Numbered from the stretch's first letter, positions 17,286 to 26,411 are shown. The stretch is DNA of 64,000 nt from a virus (IMGVR_UViG_3300025936_000020:1-64000), one strand, 5' to 3'. A program made the numbers and translations. Notes: generated by a model not told the origin, from the letters alone.

Positions 17286-18955
17286 CCAAAACATCCGAGC
17301 TGGCCGCTGAAATTAAGCGCCGCCTTAAACTGACCGATCATCTGGCCGGCAAAGGATTCAGAGTCACGGAAAACAAACACCCACGAACCAACCTTTGCCC
17401 GGTCGCCATGCACCGCAAAGGCCACCTGTGCGTGTCAATTGACACCGAGAAGCAGCTTTGGCACTGCAACGATCACGAAATCGGCGGGAGCATTATTGAC
17501 TGGATCATGGCCGAGCGTGGCAAAACGATGGAGCAGGCCGTGATTGAGGTCGGCACTGAATTGGGACTGGTGGAGTCCGAGGAAGAAAAGAGGCCTGTGT
17601 CAGCAAGACCTTCCATCGTTGCCACCTACGATTACACCGATCCGAATGGCAACCTGCTGTTCCAGGTTGTGCGTTACGCCCCGAAGGAATTCCGTCAGAG
17701 ACGCCCTGACCGAGAAGGCGGCTGGATCTGGAACATGGAGGGGATCAACCGCGTGCCGTACCATCTCCCGGAAGTCCTAACCGCTGAAACCGTCGTTATC
17801 ACGGAGGGGGAGAAGGACGCTGACAACATCCGGTCCTGCGGATTCGGGTTCACTGCCACCTGCAACGTCGGCGGGGCCGGTAAATGGCTGGACGCCTACT
17901 CGGAGTTCGTCTCCGGAAAGAACATCGTCGTCATCCCGGACAACGACGATCCCGGCCGAAAACACGCCGAGGCCATCATCAAATCTCTGGATGAGAAGGT
18001 GAACTGGCTGAAGCTCGTCCAGGTGCCGGCGCCTTACAAAGACGCCTCCGACTGGCTGGATAGCATCGAACCTAGCGCCAGGGCATGTTCGCTCCGGGAT
18101 CTGATCGAACGGACCCCGCACACCCTGAAACCACTGCCCGTCTTCACAATGGCCGAGTTGGAGGCGCAATACGTCGAATTCGCGCGATCGGTCGAAACCC
18201 GGACATTTGACCTGGCCCGGTTCATCCCGTCGCTCGGCCGCTCCGTCCGCCGCCTGATGCCCGGTGAACTGGTAGTCGTCATGTCCGATACCGGTGTAGG
18301 CAAAACCGCAATTCAACAATGCCTGGCCCGGTCCGCTGCCCCGCTACCGACCCTGTTCTTCGAACTGGAACTCCCGCAGGAACTCATGTTCGAACGGTTC
18401 GTCCAGATGGAAACCGCCTGGACGTCGGAGCACGTCGAAGCGCATTATCTGACTCAATGCGGTTTGTGGAGAACTTTCGAACACCTGAACCACATCCTCG
18501 TCTGCGCCGAGAGCGGCTTATCGACCGTGCAGATCGAATCTTTCATCGGTCGCAGCGAGCTCAAAACCGGCACCAAACCGGCCGTCGTCATCATCGATTA
18601 CATCGGCCTTATCCGCGGCGAAGCGTCCCGCAGCCGCTACGAAAAGCTCAGTGCTACCGCCGAAGAACTCAAGGTAATCGCCAAACGTACGCGAACGATC
18701 GTCGTTCTCGGAACCCAGGTCGCGCGCCCGGAGAAAACCAAGGATTCACTCGCGCCCAGGCTCCACGACGCCAAAGACTCCGGATCCATCGAAAACTCAG
18801 CCGGCCTGGTTCTGGGCGCCTGGCGGCCCGATCATCAAACCCTAATGATCAAAGTCCTGAAGAACACCAAGGGAAGATCCGGCATCGTCGTCGAGTGCAA
18901 TTTCGACGGCGAAACAATGCAGCTCACCGAACGCGATCAGAGGAGATTCTCGTGA
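17282..18955 (+). CDS. primase-helicase (Zn-binding, TOPRIM and DnaB/RecA-like domains)
   Basis: CPVAMH...WHCND Zn region; VITEGEKD and VIPDNDDPG TOPRIM motifs; SDTGVGKT Walker A, VVIIDYIG Walker B, KNTKG. Confidence 0.9.
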   Translation: MTKTSELAAEIKRRLKLTDHLAGKGFRVTENKHPRTNLCPVAMHRKGHLCVSIDTEKQLWHCNDHEIGGSIIDWIMAERGKTMEQAVIEVGTELGLVESEEEKRPVSARPSIVATYDYTDPNGNLLFQVVRYAPKEFRQRRPDREGGWIWNMEGINRVPYHLPEVLTAETVVITEGEKDADNIRSCGFGFTATCNVGGAGKWLDAYSEFVSGKNIVVIPDNDDPGRKHAEAIIKSLDEKVNWLKLVQVPAPYKDASDWLDSIEPSARACSLRDLIERTPHTLKPLPVFTMAELEAQYVEFARSVETRTFDLARFIPSLGRSVRRLMPGELVVVMSDTGVGKTAIQQCLARSAAPLPTLFFELELPQELMFERFVQMETAWTSEHVEAHYLTQCGLWRTFEHLNHILVCAESGLSTVQIESFIGRSELKTGTKPAVVIIDYIGLIRGEASRSRYEKLSATAEELKVIAKRTRTIVVLGTQVARPEKTKDSLAPRLHDAKDSGSIENSAGLVLGAWRPDHQTLMIKVLKNTKGRSGIVVECNFDGETMQLTERDQRRFS

Positions 18956-19152
18956 CTCATCCATTCCTCAGCCAGAAGGACCAGGAGTTCGTCGACAGGA
19001 CCATCTACGATTGGACCGTCGGCGGAAGCCGTAGCAACAGCGCTATTCGCTTCAATCGCAATTACAGCGCCATCGCCGCCAGATGGTTCCTCGAGGGAAA
19101 CGACGTTCTCCAGATGATCGCCAATGAAGATTACGAGAAAGGGAAAGTATGA
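18952..19152 (+). CDS. hypothetical protein
   Basis: GTGA overlap, 66 aa. Confidence 0.6.
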   Translation: MTHPFLSQKDQEFVDRTIYDWTVGGSRSNSAIRFNRNYSAIAARWFLEGNDVLQMIANEDYEKGKV

Positions 19153-19484
19153 AATACCGCAAGAAACCAGTCATTATCGAAGCCACGCAATGGTTCAAGA
19201 ACGGCGATCACCCGAAGGACGACGTGATGCGCCCGTTCGAGGACACAGGCAAAACCCCAACCGAACCGCGTGAAGGCGCTGTCGTCCGCTATTTCCGGCG
19301 CCCGGATGTCAACGGCCGTCGCCTGTGCGTGCATTGCACTCGAACAATGCATGATCACGGCTGGATCGATACGCTGGAAGGCGGCCACATTGTATGCCCT
19401 GGTGACTGGATCATCACCGGCGTAAAAGCTGAACATTACCCCTGCAAACCGGACATCTTTGCCGCCACCTACGAACCGGTATGA
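19149..19484 (+). CDS. conserved phage protein (PGDYG-like)
   Basis: MKYRKKPVIIEATQW...PGDWIITGVKAEHYPCKPDIFAATYE. Confidence 0.8.
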   Translation: MKYRKKPVIIEATQWFKNGDHPKDDVMRPFEDTGKTPTEPREGAVVRYFRRPDVNGRRLCVHCTRTMHDHGWIDTLEGGHIVCPGDWIITGVKAEHYPCKPDIFAATYEPV

Positions 19485-19771
19485 ATCTCGACCACCAAAC
19501 CCTGCCCGAAGGCCATAAAACCGCCCGACGCCGCGGCTGGCGAATAACGCTCCTCCGGCGCCTCGCCAAATCCAGCCGATCGTTCACCGCTCGAGATCTG
19601 CTGAAGCTTGTTCCGCGTGGAACAATGTCCCTCCACCAGGCCCGCGCCCTCTGCCAAAGCTACCTCCGAAAAGGCGAGCTCAGGAGGCTCAGAAAGGGCA
19701 TCGGTGGGTGCGATTCAGTTGAGGCGGTTTACACCGCTCACCATCCGCTTGACAAATCTCCCCGCCTGTAG
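19481..19771 (+). CDS. basic winged-HTH-like protein
   Basis: FTARDLLKLV...ARALCQSYLRKGELRRL pattern. Confidence 0.5.
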   Translation: MNLDHQTLPEGHKTARRRGWRITLLRRLAKSSRSFTARDLLKLVPRGTMSLHQARALCQSYLRKGELRRLRKGIGGCDSVEAVYTAHHPLDKSPRL

Positions 19772-19871
19772 GATTTGTTACGCGTGAAGACTTTGCCAGC
19801 AGCTTCACGGTCGCCCGCTCCGAAAGGGGCACTACCCGGCAAAGGTTTTCACAGGGCGACCGCCATTTTCC

Positions 19872-20420
19872 ATGCCTGGAACTCGTTCATATAAACGGCT
19901 CTGGCCAAAGCGCAATCGAGGCTTCTGGCACGGCGCTAAACCACTGGACATTCCGTCCGGCGGCCGGTTCCTGCCAAACCAAACACGGCTCCTCCGAGCG
20001 TCGAACGAGTTCTTCACAGCAGGTGCCGTCTGGCAGCGCAAGGACGGCCAATGGTCTTGCATCCAAGCCGCCCCAATTCTTGCGTGGATGTTCAAATTAA
20101 CCCCAACAGCAGCCAAACTCGAACTCGCCAGAAAAGGCTGCTCATGGGAATGGATTTCAGTCGGTCCAACCGGGATTCTTGGCGCCCCTACGGCTCCCGG
20201 CGTGTTAGAGCGGAATAGCCCAGCGAGCAGTACGCCCCACGTTAATCAACCCAACGTCCCACTCAAGGCCCTCAAGGTTCGGCTCCCAGGAGAGCCTACT
20301 GAAAGCGCACGTTTACTCTGCGCTACCCCAGGGGTACAGGTGAAACCCCACGGCGGCAGCTTTACCGGTAATACCCGAGATCTGCCCACCAGAGCGCCCT
20401 CAGACTCAATGCCATCGTAG
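19872..20420 (+). CDS. hypothetical protein
   Basis: Core FFTAGAVWQRKDGQWSCIQAAPILAWM is protein-like; the C-terminus is low complexity. Confidence 0.55.
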   Translation: MPGTRSYKRLWPKRNRGFWHGAKPLDIPSGGRFLPNQTRLLRASNEFFTAGAVWQRKDGQWSCIQAAPILAWMFKLTPTAAKLELARKGCSWEWISVGPTGILGAPTAPGVLERNSPASSTPHVNQPNVPLKALKVRLPGEPTESARLLCATPGVQVKPHGGSFTGNTRDLPTRAPSDSMPS

Positions 20421-20714
20421 TCACGGCCAAACGCCATCTGGCCATCGCGCTTTTTCTGGTGCTGCTATATTTGCAGGGGGGAGAATTGTCTCTCCATCGT
20501 ACGGGCTTCATTGGAACATTGTCCAGAAGATTATGCCACAGAGAGGCTGAGTCGCGCATAGACTCCCCTATCGCGAGGCCACATGATACGGGCACACCCC
20601 GCCCCCCCCGGCCTGGATTGCGCTCATCTAACAGCAACCGTTTAAGCCAAGCCATAACTGCTTGACTTACAACGTTTTACGCAAGGAACTTGGGTCTATT
20701 CCATTCAGATTCAG

Positions 20715-21660
20715 CACCTTGCAAGGGTGTCGAAATGACCGCTCTGTTAGCAAGTTCTATTCCATTCGATGCCGACGAGTTTCCCCGATGTTGGAAGCGA
20801 GTGTTTCCCGCGTGATTGCGATTCCCCATACCATACTCTACTTCGAGTTGAGGTCGTCTAAACTGGGCAAAGCCGACGCGAGACGAAGCCGGATCAAAGT
20901 TGAACGTGTGTGCGGCCAGTCGGCCCCACCATCGTTGCGACTCACCGTCTGAAACCCGATGCTTGACGAGCTAACGCGGCTCAAGCGTAACACGGGATTA
21001 AGCGGTGACAGGGACTGTCAATCTGTCACCGTCAAAGACAGGGAACAATCGCGCAACGCTTCCTCGCAAGGGGAATTAGCAGACAGGGACACACGAACGA
21101 CCGCGAGAGTAGTTCCCGTGAAAACCGATAGTCCACAAAATCGTTATGCGTTTCCGCTTGGGCGGCGATGGAATAACCGACTTCACGGGAAGCAAGCCCC
21201 ATCTCGACTTGGAGGTGGGGAAAGCCGGATTGCCAGTAAGCCTACGGTATTCCCGTAGCAGGAGCACAATCACGGCAAGGTCGAGTCCTTCTTGCTTGAA
21301 GCCTACAAACGGAGAGAACAAGCCCAGCAAATGCCCGTGTTGAGACGGGCAGGGCCGTTAGCGACGGCAGGGCTTGGGATGCTGTCTCAAGTGCTCAATC
21401 AACTTCTTCGGCGGTGACAATAAGGCGGTACGTCCATGCCTTGCGCGTGGCGCGAATCGGCGGAAGGTACTTCTCACCAACTAACGCTCGAACCTACCGG
21501 ACACGAAGTAAAACAAACAGAGTCAATGGTGGCCAGTACGGTGGCCATTACTCAATTCATTCGCTTCTGACTTGGAAGCAATTTCACGCCAGTTGGCGTG
21601 TCTCGCTGGTTTAGTAGCCTCAGGGAGTTTCCAGCGAACAGGGAGCATGTCTCCCAATAA
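20715..21660 (+). ncRNA. candidate large structured non-coding RNA
   Basis: At least 12 hairpins, long-range stems, GNRA loops and G-U pairs favouring the + strand; no convincing ORF. Confidence 0.65.
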
Positions 21661-21679
21661 CGTCCCAAGGTTCCAAGTT

Positions 21680-22363
21680 ATGAAGAAGAACGAACAAAGC
21701 GGTACGTCCACGCCCAAAGCACCTGAACCTGCAAAGGAATCAGCGGTGGTGTACGACTTCCCGAGGGTCCAGGATGTCACGCCGGAATCTCCGGTGGTAT
21801 TCGGGGACAGAAAGGAATCGTTGCAGGTGTCCGATACTGAACGGGTTGAAATTGATGCGTATTTCTTCGCGTCGAAAACCAACCTGAAGTTGAAGAACAT
21901 CAAAACCGCGCTGAACGGTCTCAAAAAGCAGGGGGTGAAACTTCCTGACGGCAAGGAGATCGGGCAGAAGTGGTTCAACGATAATGTCAGGGACCCGTTT
22001 CACAAGGTCCTGAGGTACGCGGCGCGATTCTCCATTAATCACGGCGCGCCAGTGTCGTTGGCATTCACCAAGCGGCTGAACAAGGATACCGGGGTGATTA
22101 CCACCACGGCGAAACACGGGTTCGAGTTCAAGTCGGAACCAACGAAACCGGCGGAAGTCGAGGACAAAGCGGACAAAGCGGCGGACAAAACCGCGAAGAA
22201 GGAAACGTCCAAGTCTAAGACACGGGCGAAACGGCAACAGGGGAAGAAAAACCTGCAACCGTTGGTCAGTCCTGAAGCGGCAAATCGTATCGACGCGCTG
22301 ATCGAAAAGACGGCGGCGGACAAAGCGGCGAACGGTGCACCTGCACCTGAACCCGCGAAGTAG
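21680..22363 (+). CDS. first early gene, Lys/Ala-rich hypothetical protein
   Basis: 227 aa from ATG 21680; followed by a terminator. Confidence 0.75.
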   Translation: MKKNEQSGTSTPKAPEPAKESAVVYDFPRVQDVTPESPVVFGDRKESLQVSDTERVEIDAYFFASKTNLKLKNIKTALNGLKKQGVKLPDGKEIGQKWFNDNVRDPFHKVLRYAARFSINHGAPVSLAFTKRLNKDTGVITTTAKHGFEFKSEPTKPAEVEDKADKAADKTAKKETSKSKTRAKRQQGKKNLQPLVSPEAANRIDALIEKTAADKAANGAPAPEPAK

Positions 22364-22392
22364 TCGGAAGCGAAATTGGTTCGAGGTTCACG

Positions 22393-22429
22393 GCCTCTGC
22401 CCCTGGAAACGGGGGCAGGGGCTTTTTTT
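22393..22429 (+). terminator. rho-independent terminator
   Basis: gcctctgcccct-ggaaac-gggggcaggggc followed by T7. Confidence 0.85.
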
Positions 22430-22514
22430 GTTTGTTCCCTCGGCGGCCTGGCGGATAAACGGGCTGCCGATGGGGCGAAACCTTTGGCGGAAAGGAAAAG
22501 GAGAAAGGAAATCT

Positions 22515-22727
22515 ATGCACCTATTGGAAATCGTGCGCGACAAGGCGCTTATGCAGCCCACGCCACGGCGAACGGAGAACAGCTTTACGCCTGAGGAGGT
22601 GGACCGGGCGGCCAGACTGGAAATCTACGGCTCGGACTTCAGCGAGCCTGGCACGGATTACTGCCTGTTCATCCTGAAGGATGCGGCTGGCAGGGAGATT
22701 GCCCAGCGGAGGATTGCTGGGTATTGA
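22515..22727 (+). CDS. hypothetical protein
   Basis: AGAAAGGA RBS; 70 aa. Confidence 0.7.
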   Translation: MHLLEIVRDKALMQPTPRRTENSFTPEEVDRAARLEIYGSDFSEPGTDYCLFILKDAAGREIAQRRIAGY

Positions 22728-22867
22728 ATCGGCACGTGGAACTTTGCCCCGTCGTGAGTCTGATCGAGCGTGAACCACGGCCCAAGGCTCGTTCTATGGG
22801 CTAACGCCGCTGCGGACGGGGCTGATCTGAACTCGGTCAAACTCGGTTAAACCAAGAAAGGAAAACT

Positions 22868-23080
22868 ATGCTGGAACTCTACACAAGTGGGCTTTGCTAT
22901 TGCTCAGTCTGCACCGATCTGGTCGACCGGTCGGAAGTTGAGGCCGAGACCAATCGGGTGAATCCAACCGGGCTGGATCGTCCGTGGCGGATTGCTGATG
23001 AGCCGTTCGCCACCGGTGAAAACAATCCGTGTCCGTGCAACCATCACAAAGGCAGGCAGCATTTCCTGCTGAGCTGCTGA
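22868..23080 (+). CDS. small Cys-rich protein
   Basis: AGAAAGGA RBS; CYCSVC...CPCNHH...C. Confidence 0.75.
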   Translation: MLELYTSGLCYCSVCTDLVDRSEVEAETNRVNPTGLDRPWRIADEPFATGENNPCPCNHHKGRQHFLLSC

Positions 23081-23090
23081 AAGGAGTCCG

Positions 23091-23306
23091 ATGTTACCTA
23101 AACCCATGAGCCCAAAGGAATGGGCTGCGTACAAGCGGCGCCAGCGTGAGCGGGAGCAGCAGGCCGGGCGCTTGGCTGCCGGGCAGCTCACCCCTGAGGA
23201 GCGCGCGGCCAGGTTGGAAGAGGCGGAAAGGAACAGTCGGCACGGGTTTGCTGTGTCTTACCCGGCTGTCGGAATTGTTTACAACAGAAAGAGCAGGATG
23301 CGATGA
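23091..23306 (+). CDS. hypothetical protein
   Basis: GAAAGGAG RBS; 71 aa. Confidence 0.65.
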   Translation: MLPKPMSPKEWAAYKRRQREREQQAGRLAAGQLTPEERAARLEEAERNSRHGFAVSYPAVGIVYNRKSRMR

Positions 23307-23694
23307 AATACTGGGACGAAATGCAGAGCAAGTGGGGCTTCGAGGACGGCGGCTGCGTGCCTGCCGGAGCCGAAGTCTATCGGGAGGTGTACATCAGGGC
23401 GGTGAATCTCATGGCTAAGAAGCTGGGCAGCGCAATGGAATGCTACCATACGACCGTCCTGGATTCCACAACTGGTGCATCATCGGGTTCAGAAAGATTG
23501 GTGACTTGGAAGCCGATGTCGATGCGAACCCGGACAAATTGTTGGAGCAGGCAATCTCCATCTGCAGGAGTGAACTTGAGGAGGATCTCGACGGGCTTGT
23601 TGACTGCATTGTGCAGCCGCTCCAAGGCTGGGAGGATGAGGTCGAACGGCTGGTCGGCGGATACCCCGGAAAGGAACCCGATGACAAAGCTTGA
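23303..23694 (+). CDS. hypothetical protein with apparent -1 frameshift near 23446
   Basis: MKYWDEMQSKWGFEDG... continues in the -1 frame as PYDRPGFHNWCIIGF... Confidence 0.55.
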
Positions 23695-23875
23695 GGAGGC
23701 GTACGAGCAGGCCAAGGCAGCGCACCGTGCCGCCCAGCGCGCGTTGTTCGTTGCCGATGGTCAGAAACTACCGGCCGCGGATCTGATGCGCCTGCAAAGG
23801 GCCCTGGGAGAGGCGCAGGAGGCAAGGCGCCGGGCATTCGCTGCGTTCATGGATGAGATTCAGGAGGTCAAATGA
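23681..23875 (+). CDS. helical hypothetical protein
   Basis: MTKLEEAYEQAKAAH..., 64 aa. Confidence 0.65.
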   Translation: MTKLEEAYEQAKAAHRAAQRALFVADGQKLPAADLMRLQRALGEAQEARRRAFAAFMDEIQEVK

Positions 23876-23997
23876 AGAAACCAAACAGAGAAGATTTCGA
23901 AGCGATCGCGCTCTTTATCATCGCGTTTTTCGCCCTGCTCGCTGTGGCCTTGTGCTGTTTGAAGATCATCACCGTTCTCCAGCGAATGCTTTGGTGA
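23872..23997 (+). CDS. small single-TM protein
   Basis: GGAGG RBS; MKKPNREDFEAIALFIIAFFALLAVALCCLKII... Confidence 0.65.
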   Translation: MKKPNREDFEAIALFIIAFFALLAVALCCLKIITVLQRMLW

Positions 23998-24011
23998 GAG
24001 GAGACTGACTT

Positions 24012-24146
24012 ATGGACGACGAAGAACTACGCGGCCGACTGAAGGACATCCATCGCAAGCTTGAGAAACAGGACGACAATCACGGCTGTTGCCTCTTATT
24101 CATCGCCGTCCTGTGCTTCATCATCTTCCTGCGAGGATGCCATTGA
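24012..24146 (+). CDS. small single-TM protein
   Basis: GGAG RBS; MDDEELRGRLKDIHRKLE...CCLLFIAVLCFIIFL. Confidence 0.6.
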   Translation: MDDEELRGRLKDIHRKLEKQDDNHGCCLLFIAVLCFIIFLRGCH

Positions 24147-24553
24147 AAACCATTGCCGTCGATCCTGCCCGGATCGAGCATGCCCATTGGGACCAGAAGC
24201 TTCAGCGCCGGGAAGGAGGCGACATCGGCCTGGCCTACAGCGCGGACAAGATACCGGACGGCCAGATCCGAAAGCCGTTTCTCTGGCAGGGCCAGCTCAT
24301 GACCACGGTCGGAGGCGGGCCAGGCGATTCATGGGAAGCCTACCGTCTGGTGGAACTCAGGTTATTTGACGGCACGCCAACGACCTACAACGAGACGGAT
24401 TTCGAAGCCGCGCGCAATAATCCGCTGGGCTTTTATCACGGGATGACGGTCAAGCACGGCGGGGAAACATACGTCATCGTCGGGCCTGAGATCCGGTTCG
24501 TCGGTGATCCGAAGCTTTCGGTTCAGAAAGTGGAGCAACTCAGCCTGCTTTAG
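24137..24553 (+). CDS. hypothetical protein
   Basis: GAGG RBS; 138 aa ending QLSLL, which resembles a QLxLF-type clamp-binding motif. Confidence 0.7.
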   Translation: MPLKTIAVDPARIEHAHWDQKLQRREGGDIGLAYSADKIPDGQIRKPFLWQGQLMTTVGGGPGDSWEAYRLVELRLFDGTPTTYNETDFEAARNNPLGFYHGMTVKHGGETYVIVGPEIRFVGDPKLSVQKVEQLSLL

Positions 24554-24720
24554 GCCTTGACAAACGCCGGCCGATTTGTTTTTGTCACGGCGTTATTGCT
24601 TGATGCCCCTTGGGAGCCGTATCATGGGTTGCGGCCACCCGGTTGGACAGGAACCCTGAGCAGTCTCCCCGACTGCAACAGCCTGCCCCACGACAGCAAT
24701 ACAGGGGCACCCTTAACGCC

Positions 24721-24951
24721 GTGACTCCTTTACAGAAAGCACTACAAGCTTTGCTCGCCTCACCGGTGAGCTGGGAACAATTCCGTTCCGGTCGCGTTCG
24801 CGTCTATCCGGCAAGACCCGTCCAGAAGAAGCGGCTCAAGACACGGCGCACTGGCGGTGATTGTTCTCAGGCAAGCCGGAGTGACGAAGGCCTGACCGGA
24901 GGTTGCGAAAGGCTAGAACCGGAGTCTGGTGGGAAGTCATCTCCCTGGTAG
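24721..24951 (+). CDS. basic hypothetical protein (uncertain)
   Basis: GTG start 11 nt after a structured leader. Confidence 0.4.
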   Translation: MTPLQKALQALLASPVSWEQFRSGRVRVYPARPVQKKRLKTRRTGGDCSQASRSDEGLTGGCERLEPESGGKSSPW

Positions 24952-25167
24952 GCTGGCCAAACCGGGAGCGATGACTGCGCCCCGGTGCGAAAGCGAAGCG
25001 AACGACCGACGGGGCTTCATCTTTCTCTTTCAGCAGCGCGAGTGCCCTGGGGGGTGCTCTGCTCTGCTCGCTCACTCCCTCTGAAGCTTCACCTTTCAGT
25101 TTGTATGCGCGCACCCACTTGAATCACCACTTACCGGAGGAGATTTGTCCTTTAGAACGAAAGGAGA

Positions 25168-25404
25168 ATGAGTATGGCACTGAAACCGAACTATAGGGTG
25201 ATGATGCAGAATGATAAGGCCGTTCTGATCGTTGACCTTGGTCCGTGGGATAAGCACCTCACCATCACAAACGGAGCGGAAGAGGTGGTTGCCGAACTTC
25301 TGCCCATGCTGAACGGCCGGCGCCTGGAGTACATCGACAGCGACGGGTATCTGGCCGAGATCAAGATAAAGGACGGGAAGTTCGACGGATTTTTACCGCT
25401 ATGA
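25168..25404 (+). CDS. hypothetical protein
   Basis: GAAAGGAG RBS; ...LTITNGAEEVV...LEYIDSDG. Confidence 0.75.
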   Translation: MSMALKPNYRVMMQNDKAVLIVDLGPWDKHLTITNGAEEVVAELLPMLNGRRLEYIDSDGYLAEIKIKDGKFDGFLPL

Positions 25405-25595
25405 AAGCCAATGGGAAAACGCAGTGTTGCAGCGCGCCGTGTGTGACCTACGCCGTGGAGTCAAATGGGAGAACTACCTGCGTTTATCTCCGTGACGGAA
25501 CAAAGATAACGGTCGAGCGCGACGGAACTACAAGAGGACCAGCGTGGCTCAAGCTCTCCAAGCAGGCTCGGATAACAACAGCGCAACCATCATGA
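25401..25595 (+). CDS. small Cys-containing protein
   Basis: ATGA overlaps at both ends. Confidence 0.6.
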   Translation: MKANGKTQCCSAPCVTYAVESNGRTTCVYLRDGTKITVERDGTTRGPAWLKLSKQARITTAQPS

Positions 25596-25837
25596 AAGCC
25601 ACGTTCGTTCGCTACTCAATGTGCATCTGCGGGTATCCGGTTCTCAGCGATTCGGTGCCGATTGGCACCGTGTTCACAGTGGATCCGGACAACACGGCGC
25701 CGATGACTGTAATCTGCGGAGGGTGCGGCAAGCACAATCCGGTGACGGGAGTATGGGTCCACGAAAGGAACGGAAGGCACGCCGGTTATCTGCCGCTGGA
25801 AATCTTTGAGTTGGAGAAGGAGAAAGGAACCGAATGA
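25592..25837 (+). CDS. Zn-ribbon protein
   Basis: CICG...CGGC. Confidence 0.7.
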   Translation: MKATFVRYSMCICGYPVLSDSVPIGTVFTVDPDNTAPMTVICGGCGKHNPVTGVWVHERNGRHAGYLPLEIFELEKEKGTE

Positions 25838-26139
25838 TCCGCCGAACCGAATGCCTCAAATGTTTCAAAGTCCCGCGGTTCACCGAGCCTGACGTGTCGG
25901 CCGGCTGGACCTACCGGGTCACGACGGCCAAGGTGAAGAAGCCGGAGAAACACGAGACGAAGATCACTACCACGGACGACGACGGCAAGACCAGCACCGA
26001 GACGATCGTGCACGCGTCCATCCTGTGCGACCAGTGCGGCGAGCCGATCAAGGACGGCAGCCAAGCGAAGCTGGTCACGATGTGGAACAGGAACAGGGAA
26101 GGCGAACCGGGAAGGTGGGAGGAGGAGTTTACGATATGA
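25834..26139 (+). CDS. Zn-ribbon protein
   Basis: CLKC...CDQC. Confidence 0.7.
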   Translation: MIRRTECLKCFKVPRFTEPDVSAGWTYRVTTAKVKKPEKHETKITTTDDDGKTSTETIVHASILCDQCGEPIKDGSQAKLVTMWNRNREGEPGRWEEEFTI

Positions 26140-26411
26140 GCACCACTGATGAGGCGGAGCTGTTGGTCTCTGCGCGTCTAGCGATGGCCCAAGTGATCAA
26201 CACCGATCCAAAGGAGCGACCGGACTTGGAGAAGGAACACGGCCAGGTATGGGATACCGATGAGCTGGGCCGGGACTTCAAGGTGGAAGGATTCGCCATG
26301 CCGCTGGTCGTTGTCAGGCGCAAGTCCGACAACGCGCTGGGCTCCCTCTTCTTTCAGAGTCAACCTCGCTATTACTTCTGGTGGGAAGCGCATGAACCTG
26401 AGAAGAATTAG
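26136..26411 (+). CDS. hypothetical protein
   Basis: GGAGGAG RBS; 91 aa. Confidence 0.7.
   Translation: MSTTDEAELLVSARLAMAQVINTDPKERPDLEKEHGQVWDTDELGRDFKVEGFAMPLVVVRRKSDNALGSLFFQSQPRYYFWWEAHEPEKN

Noticed and set aside
19809-19861. c-di-GMP-I riboswitch
   Set aside because: GNRA loops are present, but the conserved junction sequence and tetraloop receptor do not match.
21007-21135. Group I intron P7-like pair (ACAGGGACUG / GAUAGUCC) in the structured region
   Set aside because: No P4/Q elements and no flanking exons were found, and the first motif is inside a strong local hairpin. Left to cmscan.
24614-24640. Group II intron domain V-like GAGCCGTAT
   Set aside because: The 3' half of domain V, domain VI and any RT are absent.
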